DNA of 64,000 nt from Mobula hypostoma (lineage: Eukaryota), in the NCBI RefSeq assembly GCF_963921235.1, contig NC_086097.1, forward strand, positions 214,460,001-214,524,000. Direction: 5' to 3'. Below, one piece after another: positions 1 through 12,297 of this stretch. The translations under genes and the position numbers were made by a program. Each line of letters begins with the position of its first letter. The stretch's first letter is position 1. The notes below the pieces were generated by a model. It was not told where the DNA came from, did not search any database, and saw only the letters and a program-made list of their open reading frames with translations.

Positions 1-2030
1 GTTGCAGGAAGATGGGAACCAGAGCGACAGTCCAGTTAGTGGAGAGGTTGTGGAGGCAGATGTTAATAGCTTGGACAATGTCAGGTATCAGAAGGTTGAG
101 CAGGGTGTAACTGGTGTCCTGAGCTGCATATATTTCAATACAAGATGTATCGTAAGAAAGACAGATGAGCTCAGGGCATGGATCAACACCTGGAATTAAG
201 ATATTGTAACCATGAGTGAGACTTGGTTGCAGGAGAGGCAGGTCTGGCAGCTCAATATTCTGGGGTTCCATTGTTTTAGATGAAACAGGGTGAGGGGGAT
301 TAAAGGAGGGCTAGTGAGGTGTTCTGGGTGGAACTGAGAAATAAGAAAGGTTAATGAGGCTATATTACAGACTACTCAATGGTCCAAGGGACAAATTTGC
401 AGAGAGATTGCAGACTGTTGCAAGAAACATAAGGTTGTTATAGTAGGTGATCTTAATTTTCCACATATTGAGTGGGACTCTCATGAACTGGAAGATAATG
501 TGATTACTTCAATCAGCAGATTTGTGGATGACGCCTAGAGTGTTGGTGTCGAGGACAACAATGAAGGCTATCATGGCATCCAGAGGGATCAGCATCAACT
601 GGAGAAATGGGCTGAGAAATGGCAGATGGAAATTAATGCAGACAAGTGCATATCAAGGTGTTACACTTCAGTTGGACCAACTGAACAGGGCACTGAGGAG
701 TGTGTTCAAACAAAGGGATCTAGTAATACAGGTCCAAAATTCATTGAAAGTGAATAGAGTCATAAAGAAATCTTTTGTCATGTTTGTCTTCATAAATCAA
801 AGTATTAAGCACAGGGGAAGGGATGTTATGTTGAATTTGTATAAGACGTTGGTGAGGTCTAATTTGGAGTATTGTGTGCAGTTTTGGTCACCAACCTACA
901 GGAAAGATGTAAACAAGGTTGAAAGAGTTGAAAAGGAGAGGAGAAGGAGAGGATGGTGGCGCGACGCAGTGCGCGCGGCCGCTCCGAACGATATCGGTAT
1001 TTGTTAAGTCGGATGCCGTGCACAATCCTGATTTGAAGGAGACAGCCATGAGAAGCATGGAGGAACATCTGGAGAAACTTCTGAAATGCCCGCTTCACTG
1101 CCGCTGCTACTGTGCGATCGAGAATCTCTGGAGGGGAAGGCCCCAAATCCTCGGCTTTGCCTATTGCCTGTTGCTGGGACCAGGGTCAAAGTGCTCGGCA
1201 GAGATGCTGCTCGGTGTCGGAGGGCTGGTCGGAGGCTCGAAGTTTTCGGATGCACTCAAGAGTCGGCTGTGATTGAGTGCTGCCAGGGTGCTGCATTGGC
1301 AAGTTTGCGGCGCTGGAGGTTCATTACAGGGAGAGTTTTTTCTTCCTTCTAGCGTGAGATGATGGGACTTTTGAGAGACTTGGAGACTTTTTTTACCGTG
1401 CCCATGGTCTGTTCTTTATCAAATTATGGTATTGCTTTGCACTGTTGTAACTATATGTTATAATTATGTGGTTTTTGTCAGTTTTTCAGTCTTGGTTTGT
1501 CTTGTGTTTCTGTGATATCATTCTGGAGGAACATTGTATCATTTCTTAATGCGTGCATTACTAAATGACAATAAAAGAGGACTGCGTGTCCTCATAATCT
1601 AATCTAATCTAGGAGTACAGAGGTAATTTATAAGGATGTTGCTAGATCTGGAGGACCTAGAGGAAAAATTAAATAAGTTAGGACTTTATTCTTTAGAACA
1701 TAGAAGATTGAGAGGAGATTTGATAGAGGTATACAAAATTATGAGGCATATAGATACGGTAAATGCAAGAAGACGCTTTCCACTGAGGTTGGGTGGGACT
1801 AAAATCAGAGGTCATGGGTTAAGGGTGAAAGGTGAGAAGTTTAAGGGAACATGAGGGAAAACTTCTTCACCTAGAGGGAAGAGAAGTTTGTCTAGGTCCA
1901 TGGATGGCAGGGATATGGAGGGCTTTTGTCCTGGTGCAGGTCAATGGGAGTAGGCATTTAAATGGGTTGGCACAGACAAGATGGGCTGAAGGGCTTGTTT
2001 CTGTGTGTGCTGTACTTTTCTGTAACTCTA
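1..2030 (+). mobile_element. CR1 LINE, degraded and internally deleted, interrupted by insertion at 929-1612
   Basis: ORF2 start and APE N-terminus (QEDGNQ...LSCIYFNTRCIVRKTDEL...SETWLQ). Jumps near 515 to RT C-terminus ([41 protein letters not shown]) and a CR1-type 3' end. Confidence 0.9.
929..1612 (+). mobile_element. Non-autonomous non-LTR retroelement (GC/CpG-rich head, Rex-type 3' tail) inserted in CR1
   Basis: Splits CR1 sequence GAAAGAGT|ACAGAGG, with GAGT on both sides. Ends ATGACAATAAA...(AATCT)3, like the Rex1 tail at 4559-4595. Confidence 0.7.
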
Positions 2031-2049
2031 TAATTCCTTTAGGTAGGGG

Positions 2050-2370
2050 GTGTTCAGCTATCAGCTGAGGGACTAAATGGAATAAGTAGGAAGGGCCTAT
2101 TTCCATGGATTGAAGGCTCAAAGAGCAGAGAGTATAACCAATTTGTAGAAAGATTAGAGGGGATATGAGGAAAAAAATCACCCAGAGGATGGTAGATTCT
2201 GGAACTCGCTGCCTGAAAGGATATTAGGTGCAGAAGTCCTCATCACATTTAAGGAGTGCTTGGATATGTATTTGATGAACCATGATCCAGAGGGGTATGG
2301 CTCTAGTGTTGGGATTATGTTAGTTACCTGCTTTTAAACTAGCAGAGATATGATGGACTGAATTGTCTCT
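2050..2370 (+). mobile_element. Old CR1 3' fragment
   Basis: Degenerate CACCCAGAGGATGGTAGATTCTGGAACTCGCTGCCTGAAAGG and ACATTTAAGGAGTGCTTGGAT motifs. Confidence 0.65.
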
Positions 2371-2689
2371 TGTCTGAAGTTTTTTATTATTTGTTTTTCA
2401 TTTATACTAGTTGCCCACAGCTCCTGATCAGTTATGATAGCGAAACCTATGACTGCACGGACATCCTATGAGGCATTCTGCCCCTCAAAATCAGGGACAG
2501 GGCATCTTTTTCAATTTTTGTGTAGTTTGGCTTACTTGCACTGAAGATGCAAGAGACCACCTGTAGCAAAGGAGAATTAGTCTGATCTATTTTGATATGA
2601 TGTACAAATATAGTATGCTCAAGAAATTGACTTTTATCTTTGAATTTTTGTCACAATCATCAGTAGAACAAATTCCCAACTTCCAGCAG

Positions 2690-3120
2690 TTCTCGTCACT
2701 CCATTATAGAAAGCATGTCAGGGCTTTCGAGAAGGTGCAGAAGAGATTTTCCAGGATGCTGCCTAGATTAGAGAGCATGTGCTAAAACAAGAAGCTGGAC
2801 AAACGTGGGCAAGAGGTTGGACAAACACTGGAGTGGCTGAGGGGAGATCTGATAGAGGTTTATAAGATTATGAGAGGTATTGATAAAAGAGGGCATACAT
2901 TTAAGGTGAGATGGGTTAATTTAAAAGGAGATGTGAAGGGCAGGTTTTTTTACACAGAGTGGTGGAAACGTTTAGGTAGGCACATGAATGTGAAGGAAAT
3001 GGAAGGATATGGACATTGTGTAGGCAGAAAGAGATTAGCTTAGTTAGCCATTTGATTACTAACTTAATTGGTTTGGCACAACATTGTGGGCCAATAGGCC
3101 TGTTGCTGTGCTGTTCATTC
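2690..3120 (+). mobile_element. CR1 3' fragment
   Basis: HYRKHVRAFEKVQKRFSRMLP, LRGDLIEVYKIM and CR1 3' UTR ending GGCCTGTTGCTGTGCTGT. Confidence 0.8.
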
Positions 3121-3613
3121 AAACAGCACGAGTTTATCATTGTAATTTACGAAGCTCAAGAGATGTGCTTTGGGAGTATGAACATTCTTGATGGCATTAA
3201 GTTTTTCCTTGATAAGACATAAATTATCCTTGCCCACACTATGATCCAAAGACTTCCGAAATACCTCCCAGTTGCATCCTTTTATAGCTACTCCATGCTT
3301 TCCAAAAGTTGGAACACTTCTTCCAGCCTGTCATTATCAAGTTGCTTGTTTGGAAATGAATTGTGAATATTTCCTCCCTTTGATTCTCTTTGGGCAAAGA
3401 AAACACCAAACAACAGCCTCCTGAGCTGCAAAAAGACACTGTACATTGAGAATGAAGTATGATTTGGAACCTTAATCTAACTTGAATTCAAGATAAATGT
3501 TTGACGGATGAAATATTGAAAAGATCTCCTGTCAAGACTGTATAAATCTTCCAATTTGACAAAGTATCAGGTGATTGACTTCCAAGAATTGATAAATTGT
3601 GGAGGTGTTCATG

Positions 3614-3616
<3 letters not shown>

Positions 3617-3644
<28 letters not shown>
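3617..3644. repeat. (GA)n microsatellite
   Basis: Direct reading. Confidence 0.95.
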
Positions 3645-3648
<4 letters not shown>

Positions 3649-4558
3649 AAAAGAATAAGTTGCAGGGCTACTTGTTAGGAGAGGGGGAATGGGATGCTCT
3701 ACTGGCTGCCAGTATAGACTGACTAGGCTGCATGGTTTCTTTCAGTGTATTTCAAAAGAAAATGAGTAGTAATTACTTTATAATCACCACTTACTCTGAT
3801 TTTTGGCTTTATAACTATGAACATAGCCCAATGAATTTGTTCAGTCTTGGCATGATTTTCTCAGATTCAAATCTTCTCCGTTCAGGCTTTGCATTTCCTC
3901 TGAGAGAAGAGGGTAGTGGGTGTAAGTTGGAGCTAACAGTTATTGCAATCCTCTCAAACCTCCTCCCAAACATGAATCATTGAAATGCACTGCCATTTAG
4001 TTTAAACACTTCGGATACAATTTTACCTTGTGATGTGAATTTTTAAAACAAGATATCCAATCTAGTTTCAATAAGCCGAATCAATTTTTTCCTTTCAAGG
4101 CCAGCTTGTGTCCTCTCAGTGTACTAATAGGCAAATTGACACACTGCTTCTTGTACACGAGTGGAATAGAAACACTTTCAATTTCAAGAACTTCCAGCCT
4201 CGAGCTGCAGTTCATGAGAGAACGTGCTAAGGAAGTGGAGCTGCAGCTCGATGACCTTTGGCTCATCCAGGAAACTGAGCAGATGATAGGAGCTGGAGTT
4301 ATAGGGCTGAAGATGGGGCAGTTGGTATACAAGTAGACGAATGCGAGGCTAAAATACTGGTGCAGGTGCCAATGTCTTAGACTTCTGGATCATTAGGATC
4401 TCTTCTGGGGAAGGTATGACCTGTACAAAAGTGACGGTTACACCTGAACCCGAGGGGGACCAATATCCTTGTGGGCAGGTTATCTAGAGCTGCTCAGGAG
4501 GGTTTAAACTAATTTGGCAGGAGGATTTTCAGAAGGCCTTTGACAAGGTGATGCACAT

Positions 4559-5315
4559 TAGATTAGATTAGATTGGATTCAACTTTATTGTCATTGTGCC
4601 GAGTACAGATACAAAGCCAATGAAATGCATTTAGCATCTGACCAGAAATGCAAAGAATAGTGTTGTTTACAAAATAACTGCAAATAAAAGAAGTGCTACA
4701 GCATACAAATATAAAAGTACTGAGACAGTACAATACGGATGCAATACTGCCTAGCGCTGTGATGTGAGGTTCAGCAGTGTCACAGCCTCAGGGAAGAAGC
4801 TCTTCCTGTGCCTGCTGGTGCGGGAGCGGAGGCTCCTGTAGCGCCTACCGGATGGGAGGAGAGTAAAAAGTCTATGGTTAGGGTGAGATGCATCTCTGAT
4901 AATGCTTTTCACCCTGCCCAGGCAGCGTTTATGGTAGATGTTCTCAATGGTGGGCAATTGGGTGCCAATAATCCGTTGGGCAGTTTTCACCACACGTTGG
5001 AGTGCTTTGCAGTCCGATACGGGACAATTGCCATACCACACTGAGATGCAGTTGGTGAGTATGCTCTCAATGGTACAGTGGTAAAAGTCTGTCAGTATCC
5101 TGGGACAGAGGTGAGCTTTCCTGATGCTGTGCAGGAAATAAAGGTGCTGTTGCACCTTTTTGATCAGGATGGAGGAGCTCAGGGACCAGGTGAGATCCTT
5201 GGAAATGTGGACACCAAGGAATTTGAAGCTTGATACACACTCCACTACAGTTCCGTTGATGTAGATGGGGACGTGAATGTGACTCCTGGCATGCCTGAAG
5301 TCCACAATGATCTCC
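4559..5315 (-). mobile_element. Rex1/Babar-clade LINE, 5'-truncated, RT C-terminal frame open
   Basis: ORF 4751-5344: EIIVDFR...SSFKFLGVHISKDLTWS...ESILTNCISVWYGNC...LPSGRRYRSL; (AATCT)n tail. Confidence 0.9.
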
Positions 5316-5473
5316 TGAAGTTGCTTAACAAAATAGGAGCCCATGCTATTACAGGGAAGATGCTAACGTGAATATAGAGCATTGGCTGATTGACAGAGGG
5401 CAAAGTGTGGGAATAAATGGAGCCTTTTATGGCTGCCGGTGAGTAGTGGTGTTCTGCTTCTTTTCTCACTACA

Positions 5474-5816
5474 CGAGGGGTGATTGATAAGTTCGTGGCC
5501 TAAGGTAGAAGGAGTCAATTTCACAAAACCTAGCACATTTATTTTTCAACATAGTCCCCTCCTACATTTACACACTTAGTCCAACGGTTGTGGAGCATAC
5601 GGATCCCTTCTTTGTTGAAGTCGCCGTTTTGGACCTCCAGAAAGTGGTCCACAGCAGGGGTGATCGATAACTTCATGGCAAAAGGTAGAAGAAAATGCGT
5701 TATTAACTTCAAACTTGCTGCATAATCACTCAGAGTTGAACTGCACGTGCATGTAACAAAAGCTGTATAACTCATCTCCTTCTACCTTGGGCCACAAACT
5801 TATCAATCGCCCCTCA
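5474..5816 (-). mobile_element. Mariner-derived non-autonomous element
   Basis: ~40-bp TIRs CGAGGGGTGATTGATAAGTTCGTGGCCTAAGGTAGAAGGAG / CTCCTTCTACCTTGGGCCACAAACTTATCAATCGCCCCTCA, TA at right flank, transposase C-terminus GIRMLHNRWTKCVNVGGDYVEK* (5539-5655). Confidence 0.9.
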
Positions 5817-7268
5817 TATGCCAAAGATTTAGATGGTGAAATTTATGGCTTTGTGGCCAAGTAGGCAGATGATACAAAGATTGGTGGAAGGGCAGGTAGT
5901 GTTAAGGAAGTAGGGGGGCTGTAGAAGGACTTGGATAGATTAGGAGAATGGGCAAAGAAATAGCAGATGGAATGTCATGTCAGGGAGTGTTTGGTCATGT
6001 ACGTTAGTAAAAGGAATAAAAGCATAGACTATTTTCTAAATTGAAAGAAAATTTTAAAAAATCTGAGGTCTGAAGGGACTGGGGGAGTCTGCTTGCAGGA
6101 TTCCCTAAAGGTTGATTTGCAGGTTGAGTCTTTGGTGAAGAAGGGAAATGCAACGTTAGGATTTGTTTTGCGAGGACGAGAATATAAAAGCAACAATGTA
6201 ATATTGAGGCTGCATAAGTTACTGGTGAGGCCTCACGTGGAGTATTGTGAGCAGCTTAGGACCCCTTGTTTAAGAAAGGATGTGCTGACTTTGGAGAGGG
6301 TTTAGAGGAAGTTTACGAGAATGTTTGTGGGAATGAAAGTTTTATCGTATGGGGAGCAATTGATGGCTTTGGACCTTTACTCACTGGAATTTAGAAGAAT
6401 GAGAGTGGAAACCTGTTGAAAGGTCTTGATACAGTGGATGTGGAAAGGATGTTTCTTCTGGTGAAGGAGTCTAGAACCAGAAGGCACTGCACCAGAATAG
6501 AGGGACATTCATTTAGAACAGAGGAATTTCCTTAGCCAGAGTGTGGTGAACCTGGGTAATTCATTGCCACAGGCAGCCATGGTGGCCAGGTCATTCGGTG
6601 CATTTAAGGCGAAGATTGATAGGTTCATCATTAGTCCGGATATGAAAGGTTACAAGGAGATTGCAGGAAAATGTTGAGAGGGAAATGGATCCTCCATGAT
6701 AAAATGGCAGAGCAGATGCGATGGGCTGAGTGGCCTAATTCTGCTCCTATGTCTTATGGTGTTATGGTCTAACCAGCATCAGATCCTTAAGTGTTCCAAG
6801 GAAGAAACAGCCTTTGGTTGGAGAACTTCATTCTTCTTTGCTTTTGGTACTTATAGCCTTTTAATTATTCTGTGTATAATAGAGGTTTGGGGGATTTCAC
6901 TATGACCACAGCCCAAGAATGGGATGAAATGCTGGATGGTGAATATTCATTCCATAAATGTATTACATTTAATTTAAATCTCACACTAAATAATAGTAAT
7001 AAATTGGCTTTGCACTGTGGGTTTCTCTCCTACACATTTCCTGATAAATGTGAGGAAGCTAAATGTGAAAAAGAGATTGAAAATGAACAATAAACAGCTG
7101 TTTCAAATAACTTCCTCTGTTTACATTAAAAGCAGTCATTAGCAATTTAAATCAACATCCTAATTCATTACACATCAATCTAACTTTCTGCTCATTCAGT
7201 CATGGAAACTAACTCATCTGAATCTACAAAGCTAATGCCAATTTAAATGAATTTTCTTTTTTTATATA

Positions 7269-7795
7269 CACTCAGTACACCTGTATACATGCTCATTAAT
7301 ACAAGTATCTGATCAGCCAATCATGTGGCAGCAGCTCATTACATAAAATCCTGCAGAAATGGTCAAGAGTTTCAGTTGTTGTTCAGACCGAACATCAGAA
7401 TGGGAAAGAAATTATATCTATGTGACTTTGACCGTGGAGTGATTGTTGGTTCCCGCTGGGGTGGGGGGTGGATTTCAGTATCTTAGAATCTCTGGGATTT
7501 TCATGTCTCTAGAGTTTATAGAGAATGGTGCAAAAAAAAACAGATCCGTTGAGCGGCAGTTCTGAGTTCTGTGGACACAAATGCCTTATTAATGAGAGAG
7601 GTCAGAGGAGAATGTCTAGACTGGTACAAGCTGACAGGAAAGCAACAATAACTTAAATAACCACATGTTACAACAGTGGTGTGCAGGAGAGCTTCTCGGA
7701 ATGCAAAACACATTGAACATTGAAGTGGATGGGCTACAGCAGCAGAAGATCACACAGGGCTCCATTCCTGTACAAAATAAAGTGGCCACAGAGCG
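7269..7795 (+). mobile_element. Tc1-like DNA transposon, internally deleted
   Basis: TA-flanked. N-terminal HTH remnant MGKK..LCDFDRGVIVG...SRVYREWCKK...LINERGQRRMSRLVQADRKATIT. Right TIR TGTACAAAATAAAGTGGCCACAGAGCG; left TIR partly deleted (CACTCAG-TACA). Confidence 0.85.
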
Positions 7796-8196
7796 TATGA
7801 GGAATCTGCAGACTCTGAAAGAGCCTCTGCTTCCAGAACCTGAATCTTTGGCATTGTAGATTATGTAAACCAAACAGTTCTGTTGCCTACTTACTGCATC
7901 ATCTACATTCACCTCATCACATTCATTTCCATTGACCTAAGTGGAAGTAGGTGCTGAGGGAAGAGGTCAAAGGGAGGCTGTTATCCTAGTCCATGTTTAA
8001 CTTTGGAAACTAAAGATGAATTCCTTCTGCTGAAGTTTTTAAAAATTATATTTGCTGGGCTATTAACTTTAGAAGAGTGCTTGATATTTATAATTGCATA
8101 CCCACACACGTAACTACAATAATGGCACAGAAACACTCCCTAACGAATTGCAGAAACATCAGAATCAGGTTTAATATCATTTAGCATTTCTGTCAC

Positions 8197-8350
8197 TTAA
8201 AGGTTATGTGCCAGGAGGGAGATTAGTGGGGAGGGATGAATGGACAGGGAATCACAGGGGCAGTAATCCCTGCTGAAAGTGAAGAGTGAGGGGGGGATGT
8301 CAGGTAAAGGTGTGTTGGTGACAGGATCCTGTTGAAGATGGTGGAGGCTG
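8197..8350 (-). mobile_element. Penelope-like element internal fragment (RT/GIY-YIG linker)
   Basis: HHLQQDPVTNTPLPDIPPSLFTFSRDYCPCDSL resembles the PLE linker HLQxDPxTxxxFxxPPxxAFRRDxSLRDSL. Confidence 0.6.
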
Positions 8351-8354
8351 CAGA

Positions 8355-8650
8355 GAAAGTGAGATAGTTTATGGGTTGGTTCATTGTCCATTCAAACATC
8401 TGATGGTGGAGGGGAAGATGCTGTTCCTGAAACATTGAATGTGTGTCTTCAGGCTCCTGTACCTCTTCTCTGATTGTAGTAATAAGAAGAGAGCACTTCC
8501 TGAGCGATGGGGGTGGGGCGTGGGGGGGGGGGGGAGGATTCCTGATAATGGATGTCACCTTTCTGAGACATCACCTTTTGAAGATTTCCTCAATGCTGGG
8601 TAAGCTAGTGCCCATGATGGTGCTGGCTAAGTTTAGAACTTTTAGCGTAT
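8355..8650 (-). mobile_element. Rex1-like 3' fragment (tail at ~8152-8196)
   Basis: GGAAGATGCTGTTCCTGAAAC...GTCTTCAGGCTCCTGTACCTC motif shared with other Rex copies in the window. Confidence 0.75.
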
Positions 8651-10429
8651 CTTGATGGAGTGAAAGGCATTGCGTAAACACAATCCCTACATTTAACTGT
8701 GAAATTGAATACAAAAGCTAAATTACCTACAGACTGAGGGCGCAGATTGTACTGGAATCGCTATGGTCATTGCAGAGGTATATTTAATGATCACTGTGGT
8801 GTGCCTGGGCCCTGGGCTTGGAATTACACAGTGCACATCCCGTTGTTGAAATGCAGGCAGGGGAAAGGATAGCAATACAATGTCTCACATGGGAATTAGA
8901 CTATAGTGTTTGAAAAGTAAGTGTTCTTTCTTTGAAACTCTGGGACCAGCTCTGACTGCACACTGCTGAATTGGTATTCCATGAAGAAAGGCCTTTTCTT
9001 CTGTGCTGCCGTGCAAAAGAGATTAAAAAAAAGATCCTGGGCTACAGCCAGGTCCAGAGTTTTGAAGGGAAGACCACCCTTGTGGGGAAGTATAGTAGGG
9101 TAATTAAAGTTGCTGATGACTCAAAAGAGAAAGCCTGCAAGTGCTGGTTAGAGGTAAAGGTCCATGATTAGCTGGGGGATGGTTAAGTTAACAAAAGGTT
9201 TTTGTACAGCTTTTCATAAATTCTATTGTATTCCTTTTATTTTCTTGCAGGCATTTATAGGAAAATAACCTCAAGGTAGTATACATAGCTTGATAATAAA
9301 TTTTGTTTTGACTTTGAAAAGGCATGAAGTTGGGTGGCAGAAAAATAGTCAAGCTGTGGGTGGAATGTTAGAGCAAGATGTTGGGGTCTGAAGCAGACTG
9401 GTAAACTTAAACAAGGTATCCACCGCTGCTTTGACTGATCTTATTATCTTTTTGAAATATTGAAGTTTCTGCTCACCTGAACCCCCACCTTGAACTCTTG
9501 TCTTGGACACAATGTTGTGCTGAATATCAGTGACAGCTTTGATAATTACCTTACCCTTTTCCTTGTTAGCTCTGGACCAGTTGTGTCCTTGCTTGGACCA
9601 GACATTTCTTTCTGTACAAAGGTAGAATTGTTGTGATGTTGTCAGTCTCCTCAGGACCTTTATCAAATATTGAGAGGTTTTCCTCCTTTTGCAGTTGCAA
9701 TCGAAATGTTGTCTTGTTTGTGTAGACAGTATTTATCTAACTTCAATACCTTGTTCATGGTGGCTTCTAATATTTTGTGTGATGACTTCATGACACCAGC
9801 TAATAAAATAATAATAATAATATATTAATTCAGGAGTGTTGGTATAACTACTTTCCTCAACTGTTTAGTTCCTGGACCATGTAGCGTAGCCTTAATTTCT
9901 AGAGTTTAGGAACACAAGGATGACTTTGCACTAAAATGGACTTTGCTTTATTTTTGTTCAAATTGCATTCCTTGTAAAATATCTGTTTAATTTATGTTTT
10001 TCTTGGGAATTCTAATTACATGATGCTATGAGCTGGAGATGCTGCTACAAGTAAGTTTTTCATTGCAACTGTATATACATGTACTTGTGCATATGACAAT
10101 AAACTTGAGTTTGAATTTGAAACCCCTTGTGAGTGTAATTGTAAGGTAGTGTTGGCTTTCTTCATTCACATTTAATTCTGTCTAGGTAGGTGAAACTTGG
10201 TGAAGACTTCAGCTCCTGCCAACTGAACCCATAAATCCCTCATCACCACCTTGCCCACAAATACAACTCTTCAACTGCTATGTTCCTCTCTCCTGACAAT
10301 TGCATAAAACCAAATCAAACTTGGTGTCATCTATGACCCTGAGATATGCTTTGGGTCATATACCTACACCATGGCCATGGTGCTTTTTCTCTCCATGGTA
10401 ACATCACCAACTTTCAGTCACTGGCCCTC

Positions 10430-10715
10430 GAACTCAAGTCAAAGGAAATTTGTTATCAAGTTTGGACATGTCACCTTATACTGCCTTGAGATCTCTTCTC
10501 TTGCAGGTATTTACCAGGAAAATAATGATATAGATTAATGAAAAAATATATATAAACGAAGACTGACAAACAACCAATACACAAAAGAACTATGCAAAGA
10601 ATAAAAATAAATAAATAAGTAAATAATACTGAGAACATGAATTGTAGAGTTCTTGAAAATGAGTCTGTAGGTTATGGAATCAGTTCAGAGTTGAGGTGAG
10701 TGAAGTTAAGTTTCA
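10430..10715 (-). mobile_element. Rex1-like 3' UTR/tail fragment
   Basis: Similar to 11033-11330 and 14970-15106. Confidence 0.65.
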
Positions 10716-10740
10716 TCCAACTCCCCAACTTTCAATTTTC

Positions 10741-11032
10741 AAAGGCAACATAAAACAAACTGGAGGAATTCAGTGAGTCAAGCAGAGGGAAAGGAAATGA
10801 CATCAATAAATCTGTGAGGGAAAGGAAATGACATCAGTAAGTTGCTCGCCTCTACATTATGTCCTAATTATGAAACAACTTGATTTTCTCATTCCGAACT
10901 TTGTTCAAATACTTTTTTCTGATTCTGCTCCCACTATGCAGATGCAGGATCTAGAGCCAAAATGTGACTTCTTGTCCCTTACAGGTGCTGCTTGACTAAC
11001 TGAATTCCTCCAGTTTGTTTTATGTTGCCTTT
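10741..11032. repeat. 45-bp near-perfect inverted repeat made of Penelope-like terminal sequence
   Basis: 10741-10785 is the reverse complement of 10988-11032 with one mismatch. Confidence 0.9.
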
Positions 11033-11720
11033 CAAAGTTTAAAGTAAATTTATTGTCAAAGTACATATATGTCACCATATTCTGCCCTGAGATTCATTTT
11101 CTTGCAAGTACTCACAGTAAATAAAAAGAAGCACAATATAATCAATGAAAAATGCACACAACAAAAAGAGGCAAACAACCAATGTTCAAAAGACTATAAA
11201 CTGATACAGAATAAATCAGAATGATAATAATAAATAAACAACAATTATCAAAAAGATGAGATGAAGATAGCATGATAGTGAGTCCATAGGGATCAGTTCA
11301 GTGTTGGGATGAGTGAAGTTGAGTGATATTACCCGCTTTGGTTCAAGAACCTGATAATTGAGGGGTAATAATTGTTCCTCAACCTGTTGGTGGGGGTCCT
11401 TGATGGATGCTGCTTTCCTGTGACAGCACTCCGTGTAGATGTGTTCAAAGGTGGGGAGGGCATTACCCCTGATGTACTGGGCCACAACCACTACAGTTTA
11501 TGGGCTTTTCCATTCATGGGCATTGGTATTTCTGTACCAGGCTACGATGCAACCAGTCATTATACTCTCTGCCACACATCTATAGAAGTTTGTGAATGTT
11601 TTGAATGTCTCTGAAGACAGAGGAGCTGCCAGCCATTTTTCTTGGAATGGTACTTGCATGCTGGATCCAGGGCAGCTCCTCTGAAATAATAATGCAGAGG
11701 TCTATAGTCGTTGATCCTCA
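11033..11720 (-). mobile_element. Rex1-like 3' fragment
   Basis: AQYIRGNALPTFEHIYTECCHRKAASIKDPH plus 3' tail. Confidence 0.8.
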
Positions 11721-11772
11721 CCAGGTCCATTGGGGTAAAGTCCTCCCCACCCCTGACGAGGGTGGCTCTTTC

Positions 11773-12297
11773 ACCTCAGACAGTTGAAGAGGTTTGCTAT
11801 AGGCTCTCAAATCCCAAGAACTTCCTACAGGGGCACAATTGAGAGCATCCTGACTGGCTGCATCACTGCCTGGTACGGGAACTGTATTTCCCTCAATTAC
11901 AGGACCCTGCAGGGAGTGGTGCAGATAGCCCAGCACATCTGTAGATGTGAACTTCCCACTATTCAGGACATTTACAAAGACAGGTGCGTAAAAAGGGCCC
12001 AAAGGATCATTGGGTGTGTGAGTCACTCCAACGACAAACTTTTCCAGCTGCTACCATCTGGGAAATGGTACCACAGCATAAAAGCCAGGACCTACGGGCT
12101 TCAGGACAGCTTCTTGCACCAGGCCATCGGACTGATTAATTCATGCTGACACAACTGTACTGTTATATTAACTGTCCTGTTGTACATACTATTTATTATA
12201 AATTACTTTAAATTGCACATCTAGATGGAGATGTAATGTAAAGATTTTTACTCCTCATGTATATGAAGGATGTTTGTAATAAAGTCAATTCAATTCA
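11773..12297 (+). mobile_element. Rex1/Babar 3' fragment
   Basis: YRGTIESILTGCITAWYGNC...LFQLLPSGKWY; tail AATAAAGTCAATTCAATTCA. Confidence 0.9.

Larger units (their letters stand above)
4190..6770 (+). mobile_element. CR1 with ORF1 remnants fused to RT region (internal deletions), hosting Rex1 and mariner insertions
   Basis: ORF1 coiled-coil ELQFMRERAKEVELQLDDLWLI and esterase-type C-terminus (LFWGRYDLYKSDG..HLNPRGTNIL..EGLN*), then directly [11 protein letters not shown] resumes after 5315 and 5816. 3' end CTCCTATGTCTTATGG. Confidence 0.85.

Noticed and set aside
9349..9666. 105-aa minus-strand ORF, possible old PLE RT remnant
   Set aside because: Only faint motif resemblance, not supportable.
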